DNA from: Patescibacteria group bacterium | Lineage (GTDB): Bacteria; Patescibacteriota; Minisyncoccia; HO2-45-28 | Assembly (NCBI GenBank): GCA_038063435.1 | Contig: JBBTVC010000060.1 | Location: 1-39,307, forward strand | Reading direction: 5' to 3' | DNA length: 39,307 nt | Part shown: in pieces, positions 16,504 through 24,761 of the stretch | How positions within the stretch are numbered: the stretch's first letter is position 1 | How the letters are laid out: every line of letters begins with the position of its first letter | Translations under genes and position numbers: made by a program | The notes under the pieces: generated by a model | The model's input: the letters and a program-made list of their open reading frames with translations, nothing else | Database searches by the model: none | Told to the model about the DNA's origin: nothing

Positions 16504-18081
16504 ATGCCTTTTTACTCGATAATTTTGAGAAATGCTCTTGTTTTTGACGGCGCGGGATCCGCGCCCAAAAAGTCTGATATTGGCATTGAGGGCGACAGAA
16601 TAGTTTTTATTGGCGATTTAAGCCAAGAGACCGCGGCCGAAGAAGTAGACGCTTCCGGTCTTTACGTAGCGCCCGGCTTTATAGATATCACTAACCATTC
16701 CGATACTCACTGGACGCTTTTTGACGCGCCTTTACAGGAGAGTCTTCTGCGCCAGGGCGTTACCTCAATTCTTGGCGGAAATTGCGGCTCTTCTCTGGCC
16801 CCGCTGGTCAAACCATCCGACATAGAGGATTTGCAGAAATGGGTGGATGTTTCGGAAATTAATATTAATTGGCAAAGTGTGCGGGAATTACTGGCAGAGC
16901 TTAGTAATCATCGGGTAGCGATTAATTTTGGAACGCTTGTAGGCCACGGCACGCTTAGACGCGCGGCCGGCATTGATATTTCGCGCGAGGCCAGCCAAGA
17001 AGAAGTAGAAAAAATTTTGTATCTGGCGCATAACGCTTTTGAAGATGGCGCTTTCGGCGTCTCCACTGGTCTCGGCCGCAGTCATGCTTTGATTGCAGAC
17101 GATGAAGAAATCGAGCGCGTTTTTAAGGAAGTCAAAAAAGTCAATGGGTTTGCAACGCACCATCTTCAGGACGAAGGCGCGGATATTATTAGCGCGGTCT
17201 CAAGGATTGTGAGTTTGAGCCGAAGCTCGGGTGTGAAGAGCCACTTGTCTCACTTTAAAGTTTTGGGAAAAAAATCTTGGCCCAAACAGAAATCGGTTTT
17301 GGAGTTGATAGGGCGGGCCAGAAGCGAGGGGGTCAAGATTACCGCCGATTTTTTTCCGTACACCTCAACCGGATCAAATTTATATCTTTTATTGCCGGAT
17401 TGGGCGATAGTCGGAGGCCGGAGCAAAATTTTTGAGCGATTATCTGACGATAATTCTAAAAAACAGATTATTGAAGCGCTTCGGGCTCTTACGCTGCATT
17501 ACGAAAAAATTATCGTGGCCTCCACTTTAAAGGACACCGGCGTGATAGGAAAAAACATACAACAAGTTGCCGAAAGCGCCGGTCTAAGCCCGGAAGAAGC
17601 CATTTTGCAGCTCCTGGTTTCAAACGATCTGCAGGTGGTCATTTTCAATGAGGCAATATCTGAAGAAAATATTTTTGAATTGGCGCGTAAAGATTATGTA
17701 GCTATATCCTCGGATGGTTACGGCCTTGATATGACCGGCTCCAAAACCAATTTGCCGCACCCGCGTTCTTTTGGCGCGTTCATGCGGGCGCTTAGGGTTT
17801 TGGTTAAAGAAAAAGGAGTTTTAAGCTGGGAGGAGGCAATTCGCAAAATGACCGGGCTTCCGGCAGAGATTATAGGTTTTGAAAAAAGAGGCTTGATACG
17901 TGAAGGTTTTTTCGCGGATATCGTCGTTTTCGACCCCGAAACACTAAGTGACGCCGCTGATTACGCAAATCCAAGACGCTTTAGCCGGGGTGTTAAGTGG
18001 GTTTTTATTAATGGTATTACGGCTCTAGCTGACGGAGAGCCGACCGGAAAAATGCCCGGGCGAACGCTCGCTAAATTCTAA
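16504..18081 (+). CDS. Amidohydrolase of the N-acyl-D-amino-acid deacylase (D-aminoacylase) family
   Basis: Family-typical blocks APGFIDITNHSD, GGNCGSSLAP, VGHGTLRRAAG, SHFK, ISSDGYG and HPRSFGAFMRAL. ATG 16504 is preferred; GTG 16495 is possible. Confidence 0.7.
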   Translation: MPFYSIILRNALVFDGAGSAPKKSDIGIEGDRIVFIGDLSQETAAEEVDASGLYVAPGFIDITNHSDTHWTLFDAPLQESLLRQGVTSILGGNCGSSLAPLVKPSDIEDLQKWVDVSEININWQSVRELLAELSNHRVAINFGTLVGHGTLRRAAGIDISREASQEEVEKILYLAHNAFEDGAFGVSTGLGRSHALIADDEEIERVFKEVKKVNGFATHHLQDEGADIISAVSRIVSLSRSSGVKSHLSHFKVLGKKSWPKQKSVLELIGRARSEGVKITADFFPYTSTGSNLYLLLPDWAIVGGRSKIFERLSDDNSKKQIIEALRALTLHYEKIIVASTLKDTGVIGKNIQQVAESAGLSPEEAILQLLVSNDLQVVIFNEAISEENIFELARKDYVAISSDGYGLDMTGSKTNLPHPRSFGAFMRALRVLVKEKGVLSWEEAIRKMTGLPAEIIGFEKRGLIREGFFADIVVFDPETLSDAADYANPRRFSRGVKWVFINGITALADGEPTGKMPGRTLAKF

Positions 18082-18101
18082 ATCGCGCAAATTTTAAATA
18101 A

Positions 18102-19328
18102 ATGATTTTAGCTGAAAAAATTAAATTAGGTTTCGGGGGCAAAAAAATTCTTTTGGTTGGTTTAGGTTTGCAGGGTGGGGGAGAGGGAGTCGCCCGTTTT
18201 TTGCTCCAAGCCGGCGCAAAACTCACGATTACGGATTTAAAACCAAAAAACCAGTTTGCCGGCATTTTAAAAAAATTTGCCGGAAAAAAAATAAAATTCA
18301 TTTTAGGGCGCCATCGTTTTTCCGATTTTAAATTAGCCGATATTATAGTTAAAAATCCGGCGGTTCCCGGTAAGTCGCCTTTTATTAAATATGCCAAGCG
18401 CTTGGGAAAAGACGTATTATCCGAAACCCAGATTTTTTTCAATTTAGTTCCGCGTGAAAAAATAATAGGAATCACCGGAACTAAAGGCAAAACCACAACT
18501 GCGATGATTTTAGCGCACTTGCTTCGGGCGCGTTTTAAAATTGTTCTTGTCGGAAACATTCCGGGACATTCCGCGCTAGAATCGCTTTTAAGTCTAAAAA
18601 AGATGCCTGATTTTTTTGTCTATGAACTTTCAAGTTTTAATCTGGAGGGTCTGCGCGTAAGTCCGCGCTACGCCATCATTACCAATATTTTTCCAGACCA
18701 TCTTAACCGCTATAAAAATTTTGCCGAATATAAAAAAACAAAAGAAAATATTTTTAGATATCAAGCTAAAGGTGATTTTCTTTGGTTCGGCAAAAAAAAT
18801 GACACCCCCCCGGATATCGCCGAAAAAGTCGCCTTGTTTTTTGGAATAAGCGCCAGAGATATAAAAAAACGGCTAAAGTCATTTAAACCGGCCGAGGGCC
18901 GGATGGAATATCTTGGGAAAATAAAAGGCGTTCATGTGGTAAACGACACTACGGCGACAAATCCGGGCGCCGCCATTTTCAGTCTGGCTCAAGTTGAAAA
19001 ACGATTTAAAGTTAAGCCCTCCCGCGTCATTTTAATCGCCGGCGGCGAAGACAAAAAGCTCAAATATGATGCATTTTCAAAGAAAATGAAAAGATTGAAA
19101 AAAGTTATTTTGCTTCCGGGCCGGGCTTCCGATAAAATAAAATTTTCTGAAGCTTTGCGAGTCAGTTCTCTTAAAGAGGGCGTCAAAAAAGCTTTTGATT
19201 TTGTAAAAAAGGGGAACGTTATCCTTTTTTCTCCGGGTGCTGCCAGCTTCAATATGTTTAAAAACGAATTTGAGCGCGGAAAAGCATTTAAAAAGGCTGT
19301 TTTTGGCGTAAAAAGTGGCGTATTATAA
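18102..19328 (+). CDS. murD: UDP-N-acetylmuramoylalanine--D-glutamate ligase
   Basis: N-terminal Rossmann-like VGLGLQGGG and Mur-ligase P-loop ITGTKGKTTT. Followed by ftsW and murG in the canonical dcw order. Confidence 0.85.
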   Translation: MILAEKIKLGFGGKKILLVGLGLQGGGEGVARFLLQAGAKLTITDLKPKNQFAGILKKFAGKKIKFILGRHRFSDFKLADIIVKNPAVPGKSPFIKYAKRLGKDVLSETQIFFNLVPREKIIGITGTKGKTTTAMILAHLLRARFKIVLVGNIPGHSALESLLSLKKMPDFFVYELSSFNLEGLRVSPRYAIITNIFPDHLNRYKNFAEYKKTKENIFRYQAKGDFLWFGKKNDTPPDIAEKVALFFGISARDIKKRLKSFKPAEGRMEYLGKIKGVHVVNDTTATNPGAAIFSLAQVEKRFKVKPSRVILIAGGEDKKLKYDAFSKKMKRLKKVILLPGRASDKIKFSEALRVSSLKEGVKKAFDFVKKGNVILFSPGAASFNMFKNEFERGKAFKKAVFGVKSGVL

Positions 19329-19333
19329 AATTA

Positions 19334-20422
19334 ATGGCGAGGTCCAGAGATACTATCCTTTTTGTAACGATAGCCGCTTTTGTTTTGGTCGGCGTATTCG
19401 CCTTAGCTTCAGCCTCCCTCGGCCTTTTTGAGGAGGATTTATCGCCGTCAAAGCTTATTTTGCGCCAGTTGGTTTTGGGTTTGGGCTTAGGGCTCACCCT
19501 TTTTTATATAACCGATAAAATCAATTATCGCTTTTGGCATAAAATATCTTTTTGGATTTTTTTACTGACGCTTACGGCAACCTTTTTGGTTTTTGTGCCC
19601 GGAATCGGTTTTCAAAGCGGGGGCGCTTCGCGATGGATAAGTATCGGACCGATATTTATGCAGCCATCCGAATTTTTAAAGATTGGTTTCATTATGTATT
19701 TAGCCGCATGGCTTTCATCGCGTGGCAAAGAGGTGGGGTCTTTAGGGCTCGGCGCTTTGCCGATGTTTTTAATGATTTTGGCTATTAGCGCGATTTTTTT
19801 CATCCAGCCCGATCTCGGAACTCTCGGAGTTATAATCATTTCAAGTCTTTTGCTTTTTTTTATTGGCGGGGGAAGGCTGAAACATCTGGGCTTAATGGGC
19901 GCGGTGATAGCGGTATTATTTGCGGCCACAATTTATTTCAAGCCCTATAGCATGGAGCGGCTGCAAGTTTTTTTAAATAGCGATTATGACCCACAGGGCG
20001 CGGGTTACCAAGTGCGCCAGGCGGCCATTGCTTTTGGCTCCGGAGGAATTTTCGGAAAAGGCTTCGGGCAGGGTCTGCAGAAATATAATTATCTTCCGGA
20101 GCCGACGTCCGATGCGATATACGCCGTGATTGGCGAAGAGTTCGGATTCGTTGGCGCGTCATTTCTCGCGATGCTTTTCATTTTATTTTTATGGCGAGCA
20201 GTCGTAATTTTAAGGCGAGCGCCGGATGTTTTTGCTAGACTGCTCGGCTCGGGAATTGTTATACTGATAGTTGTTCAGGCTTTCATCAATATGGCGGCTC
20301 TTGCCGGCTTAGTGCCGCTGACCGGATTAACGTTGCCTTTTATCAGTCAAGGCGGATCGTCTTTAGTAGCGCTTCTTGCCTCCGCCGGCATTTTATCAAA
20401 TATTTCCAAATACACGGGATAA
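19334..20422 (+). CDS. ftsW: SEDS-family peptidoglycan polymerase (FtsW/RodA)
   Basis: About 10 TM segments and the SEDS motif LPEPTSDAIYAVIGEEFGFVG. It lies between murD and murD's usual partner murG. Confidence 0.8.
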   Translation: MARSRDTILFVTIAAFVLVGVFALASASLGLFEEDLSPSKLILRQLVLGLGLGLTLFYITDKINYRFWHKISFWIFLLTLTATFLVFVPGIGFQSGGASRWISIGPIFMQPSEFLKIGFIMYLAAWLSSRGKEVGSLGLGALPMFLMILAISAIFFIQPDLGTLGVIIISSLLLFFIGGGRLKHLGLMGAVIAVLFAATIYFKPYSMERLQVFLNSDYDPQGAGYQVRQAAIAFGSGGIFGKGFGQGLQKYNYLPEPTSDAIYAVIGEEFGFVGASFLAMLFILFLWRAVVILRRAPDVFARLLGSGIVILIVVQAFINMAALAGLVPLTGLTLPFISQGGSSLVALLASAGILSNISKYTG

Positions 20423-20423
20423 C

Positions 20424-21551
20424 ATGCGTATTCTTTTGACCGGCGGCGGGACCGGCGGCCACTTCTATCCAGTGCTTGCCGTCATCAGCGCGCTCAAAAA
20501 AATAGCCGAGGAAGAAAAGTTTGTGGCCATGGATTTGGTCTATCTTTCCGATGATCCATTTAACGCGAAACTTTTAAAAGAAGAAGGCGTAAATTTTGTT
20601 TCGGTTCCTGCCGGCAAAATCCGTCGTTATTTTTCACTGCTTAATTTTACCGACTTTTTTAAAACGGCCTGGGGCGTTTTGCGGGCAATAATCTATATTT
20701 TTTGGCAGATGCCGGATGTTATTTTTGCCAAAGGGGGTTATGCCAGCTTTCCGTCTCTAATTGCCGCGCGCTTTTTTAGAATACCGGTCATCATCCACGA
20801 ATCTGACGCGGTGCCCGGCAGAGTCAATCGCTGGGCCGGCGCGTTTGCGCGTAGAGTCGCCATTTCATATCCGGAAAGCGCTAAGTATTTTCCGGAAGGC
20901 AAAACCGCTTTGACTGGTAATCCGGTGCGAGCCAGAATTTTGGGAGGCAACCTTGAAGAAGCCAAATCTGTTTTTGGCTATGAAGATTTGCCGACCGTAT
21001 TGGTTCTTGGCGGTTCGCAGGGTTCGGTAAAGTTAAACGATGTTTTGATAGACGCTCTGCCCGAAATTTTAAAAGAAGCAAAGATTATTCATCAATGCGG
21101 CAAAAATAATTTTGATGATGTTTCCAAAAGAACCTCGGTAGTTTTAGATCAGAATCAATTCAAAAACAGATACAAACTTTTTGCTTTTTTGGACGAGGAC
21201 AATTTGCGCAACGCCGCTTTGGTTGCAACTCTTATTGTTTCGCGTTCGGGTGCCGGCGCTATTTTTGAAGTAGCCGCTTGGGCTAAACCGTCAATATTGA
21301 TACCGATTGCGGACTCCGCCCAGGACCATCAGCGGGAAAACGCCTATGCTTATGCCCGAGCCGGAGGAGCCATCGTGATTGAGGAGGGCAACCTCAAGCC
21401 GCATATACTTTTGGCTGAAATACGAAAATTACTTGCCGATAAAAGCCGTTTGGAAAAAATGAGCCTTGTTGCTTCATCTTTTGCTAAAACCGATGCCGCC
21501 GAAGTTTTGGCGCGTCAAATCATACTTTTAGCGTTAGAACATTCATCATGA
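20424..21551 (+). CDS. murG: Undecaprenyl-PP-MurNAc-pentapeptide GlcNAc transferase
   Basis: MRILLTGGGTGGHFYP N-terminus, so the start is ATG 20424, 2 nt after the ftsW stop. Also HESDAVPGRVN and the C-terminal QDHQRENA motif. Confidence 0.9.
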   Translation: MRILLTGGGTGGHFYPVLAVISALKKIAEEEKFVAMDLVYLSDDPFNAKLLKEEGVNFVSVPAGKIRRYFSLLNFTDFFKTAWGVLRAIIYIFWQMPDVIFAKGGYASFPSLIAARFFRIPVIIHESDAVPGRVNRWAGAFARRVAISYPESAKYFPEGKTALTGNPVRARILGGNLEEAKSVFGYEDLPTVLVLGGSQGSVKLNDVLIDALPEILKEAKIIHQCGKNNFDDVSKRTSVVLDQNQFKNRYKLFAFLDEDNLRNAALVATLIVSRSGAGAIFEVAAWAKPSILIPIADSAQDHQRENAYAYARAGGAIVIEEGNLKPHILLAEIRKLLADKSRLEKMSLVASSFAKTDAAEVLARQIILLALEHSS

Positions 21552-22972
21552 GCGAGGCTCAAGCCCAAAAAAAAGAAATTCGCACTCGTTTTGCGCCTTC
21601 ACCGACAGGGCCGCTTCACGTAGGCGGCGCGAGGTCCGCCCTTTTTAATTTTGTATATTCTAAACAGCACAAAGGTAAATTTATTTTAAGGATAGAAGAC
21701 ACCGACCTTGAGCGCTCGGACCCGGTTTTTGAAAAAGATATTAAGGATGGTTTGTCTTGGCTCGGCATAAACTGGGATGAATTTTATCGTCAGTCCGAAC
21801 GTTTGGATGCGTACGAAAAATATTTAAAAACGCTTTTGGAACGAGGCCTGATCTTTTGGTGTTCGCATTCTGAAGCGGAGCTTGCCGCCGAAAAGCAAAA
21901 TCAGATTTTAAACAGAGAATCTCCGCGCCATGTTTGTCCGCATCGCGACGGCTCCGCAGGCAGCTTAGAAAATGGCGAAGGCATTTTGCGTTTTAAAAAT
22001 GACGCCGAGGGCGATGTTTTCTTTGAAGATTTGATACGGGGCCGAATTGCTTTTGACGGCCGGATACTCGGAGACTTTTCCGTGGCTAAAAGTCTTCGGA
22101 CACCTTTATATAATTTTGCCGTGGTGATAGATGACCGCGAAATGGCTATATCACACGTTATACGGGGCGAAGACCATATCTCAAATACTCCCAAACAAAT
22201 TCTTTTGCAAGAAGCGCTGGGTTTTGAAAGGCCGCAGTACGCCCATTTGCCGCTTATTTTGGGTTCAGACCGCTCAAAACTCTCGAAGCGGCAAGGCGCT
22301 TTCTCAGTCCTTGAATATCAAAAATTAGGATATTTATCCGAGGCCATGATAAATTTCATGATTCTTTTGGGCTGGCATACCGCGGAGGAAAAAGAAATTT
22401 TTACAACGACAGAAATTTTAGAAGAATTTTCTTTAGACCGGGTTCAGAAAGGCGGAGCTGTTTTTGATACGGATAAGCTTGGTTGGCTGAACCGCGAATA
22501 TATTAAAAAGCTTAAAGATGATGACCTGGCTCAAAAATTAGAAAATTTTGCCGGCGATTTTGCTGAAAAAATTAAAGCCGATTCTAAAAAATGGCTCAAA
22601 ATTTCGGCTTTAGCCCGTGAGCGCATAACCACCTTAAACGAAATAGGGGAGTTGGCTGAAATTTTTTATAAAGAGCCTTATTATCCGAAAGAACTGCTTT
22701 TTTGGAAAGAAAATACGGCATCGGAAAATATTGTGCGACATTTAAAACACACGGGCGAATTCCTGTCAAATATCGAAAAATGGACTAAAAATGACCTGGA
22801 ATATAAACTTATGCCCTATGCCGATGAAAGCGGGCGGGGAGAGGTCTTGTGGCCCCTCAGGGTGGCTCTTAGCGGCAAACGCTTCTCGCCGGGCCCTTTT
22901 GAGATGGCCGAAATACTCGGCAAAGAAGAATCGTTTAAACGAGTGACAAAGGCCGTAAAAATGCTTGAATAA
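21548..22972 (+). CDS. gltX: Glutamyl-tRNA synthetase
   Basis: RTRFAPSPTGPLHVGGARSALFN (HIGH region) and KLSKRQG (KMSKS). ATGA overlap with murG. Confidence 0.9.
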   Translation: MSEAQAQKKEIRTRFAPSPTGPLHVGGARSALFNFVYSKQHKGKFILRIEDTDLERSDPVFEKDIKDGLSWLGINWDEFYRQSERLDAYEKYLKTLLERGLIFWCSHSEAELAAEKQNQILNRESPRHVCPHRDGSAGSLENGEGILRFKNDAEGDVFFEDLIRGRIAFDGRILGDFSVAKSLRTPLYNFAVVIDDREMAISHVIRGEDHISNTPKQILLQEALGFERPQYAHLPLILGSDRSKLSKRQGAFSVLEYQKLGYLSEAMINFMILLGWHTAEEKEIFTTTEILEEFSLDRVQKGGAVFDTDKLGWLNREYIKKLKDDDLAQKLENFAGDFAEKIKADSKKWLKISALARERITTLNEIGELAEIFYKEPYYPKELLFWKENTASENIVRHLKHTGEFLSNIEKWTKNDLEYKLMPYADESGRGEVLWPLRVALSGKRFSPGPFEMAEILGKEESFKRVTKAVKMLE

Positions 22973-22978
22973 AAAGAT

Positions 22979-24244
22979 ATGAATATCGGTTTTCGGCTTG
23001 TTATTTTAGTGCTCGCGAGTCTCGCGCCCCTTGTGTCAATTGGCGCCACCATTGATGATCTGCGCTCTGAAATTTCGGAAAAAAATCGCGAGATTCTGGA
23101 GCTGGAAGAGGAGATTGCTAAATTCCAAGAGGAGCTGGGAAAAACCTCTAAAGAAGCCGATTCGCTTAAAAATCAAATTAACGCGGTACTGACTACAATA
23201 TCGAAATTATCGAAAGATATAAGCGTAACCCAAAAAAAAATAGAATCCGCCGAATTAAGCATTGAAGAGCTGGGCATTGAAATTTCTGATAAAAGTTTAA
23301 CCATTGAGCAGTTTAAGAATGCTTTAACCGAGATAATCAGAAATATGAATGAGTTGGAATCGCAGAGTCTTGTGGAAATAATGCTGGCTAACGCTTCTAT
23401 TTCAAGTTTCTTCAGCGACATTGATTATATTGAAAGCTTAAGCTCGGATATGGAAGTCAAGTTGTCTGAATTAAAACAAGCCAAACTGGACTTGGAGGTC
23501 GAAAAAAACAAGAAAGAAGAATTGAGTAAATCATTGCAAGGCTTGCGTTCGGAACTCGGCGCTAAAAAATATGTTGAAGAAGATGTCCGGCGTCAAAAAA
23601 ACGACCTGCTTAAAATCACTAAAAATAAAGAGACTGAATATCAGAATCTTTTGGCTGATCGCTTAGCTAAAAAAAATGCGCTGGAATCCGAAATAAGAAG
23701 CATTGAAGAAGAGTTGCGCGTTACCATTGACCCCGAATCTTTGCCGAGAACCGGTTCGGGCGTCCTTTCGTGGCCGTTAGCTAATGTTTTTATAACCCAA
23801 TATTTCGGCAATACTCCTTTTGCTACCCAGAATCCGCAAATTTATAACGGCGGGGGACATAACGGCATTGATTTAAGGGCTACGGTCGGCACACCCATAA
23901 AATCGGCAGCTGATGGCCGCGTAGTTGCTTTAGGCGACACTGATAGGTCGTGTAACGGCGTTTCTTACGGCAAATGGGTTTTAGTTGAACATGATAATAA
24001 TATCTCCACTCTATATGCCCACTTATCGTATATGCAGGTATCGGTCGGCGACAGTCTTCAAAAAAACCAAACTCTGGGTTATAGCGGAAATACCGGCTAT
24101 ACAACCGGACCCCATCTTCATTTCACCGTGTTCGCGACTAAAGGTGTTCAGTTAAAAAGCATAAAGAGCCGTGTCTGCGGGACACTAATGTATTTGCCGG
24201 TCGCTTCATTTAACAGCTATTTGAATCCGCTGTCGTATTTATAG
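22979..24244 (+). CDS. Secreted M23 metallopeptidase with N-terminal coiled coil (EnvC-like architecture, catalytic residues intact)
   Basis: Signal or anchor segment, about 240 aa of heptad-rich sequence, then an M23 domain with HNGIDL (HxxxD) and GPHLHF (HxH). Confidence 0.8.
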   Translation: MNIGFRLVILVLASLAPLVSIGATIDDLRSEISEKNREILELEEEIAKFQEELGKTSKEADSLKNQINAVLTTISKLSKDISVTQKKIESAELSIEELGIEISDKSLTIEQFKNALTEIIRNMNELESQSLVEIMLANASISSFFSDIDYIESLSSDMEVKLSELKQAKLDLEVEKNKKEELSKSLQGLRSELGAKKYVEEDVRRQKNDLLKITKNKETEYQNLLADRLAKKNALESEIRSIEEELRVTIDPESLPRTGSGVLSWPLANVFITQYFGNTPFATQNPQIYNGGGHNGIDLRATVGTPIKSAADGRVVALGDTDRSCNGVSYGKWVLVEHDNNISTLYAHLSYMQVSVGDSLQKNQTLGYSGNTGYTTGPHLHFTVFATKGVQLKSIKSRVCGTLMYLPVASFNSYLNPLSYL

Positions 24245-24278
24245 GTTTTATGCTATAATATGCGCTATAATAATTGAT

Positions 24279-24569
24279 ATGGCTAATAATAGAGGTTTTA
24301 TACAGCTTATAGTTATTCTGGTGCTCGTGGTCATGATTTTGAGCCTTTTAGGGGTATCTCTGTCCGCTTTATTTCAAAATCCGACCCTAAAAGAAAATTT
24401 TTCGTTTATAGGCGACGCTTTAAGCGCTTTATGGTCAAGTTGGTTTGGTAGGACTGCGGGCGTGGTCTGGGATTTTGCCTGGAACTTTTTTACCGATCTA
24501 ATCTGGCAGCCGTTTCTTAATGCGATTGATGCCATCAAGCGTGGCGATAATCCTATTTTGAATCAATAA
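24279..24569 (+). CDS. Small membrane protein (96 aa) with prepilin-like N-terminus
   Basis: MANNRG-FIQLIVILVLVVMILSLLG: a short basic leader ending in Gly, followed by a ~22-aa hydrophobic helix. The C-terminal half is Trp/Phe-rich. No family recognised. Confidence 0.45.
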   Translation: MANNRGFIQLIVILVLVVMILSLLGVSLSALFQNPTLKENFSFIGDALSALWSSWFGRTAGVVWDFAWNFFTDLIWQPFLNAIDAIKRGDNPILNQ

Positions 24570-24574
24570 TAAAG

Positions 24575-24608
24575 TAGGTCGGTAAATCAACATTGTACGA
24601 CCTATTTT
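24575..24608 (+). terminator. Weak terminator candidate after the 96-aa gene
   Basis: 7-bp stem TAGGTCG / CGACCTA with a long 16-nt loop, followed by TTTTATATT. Confidence 0.3.
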
Positions 24609-24761
24609 ATATTGGTTTTTCTCTCCCTAAAGTCATTCTCCCCCACTTAATACCTTCTCGTTTACTTTTATAAGGAACCATTTCTTTATGAATTGTCAGT
24701 AATTTTTTTATATCTTTGTTGTGTGTATAAACCTTTATAATTTTTTGTTAATCTTTTATTA

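Noticed and set aside
22979-24244. Catalytically dead EnvC-type activator.
   Set aside because: The architecture is EnvC-like (coiled coil plus M23), but the HxxxD (HNGIDL) and HxH (HLHF) metal ligands are intact. It is better called an active M23 endopeptidase.
24570-24761. ncRNA or small ORF in the 192-bp AT-rich gap, for example a 24-codon minus-strand ORF MVPYKSKREGIKWGRMTLGREKPI and a C/T-rich tract TTCTCTCCC...TTCTCCCCC.
   Set aside because: There is no convincing stem-loop architecture beyond the weak terminator candidate. The mini-ORF has no RBS or -10 geometry and no recognisable sequence. It is most simply a terminator-plus-promoter spacer.
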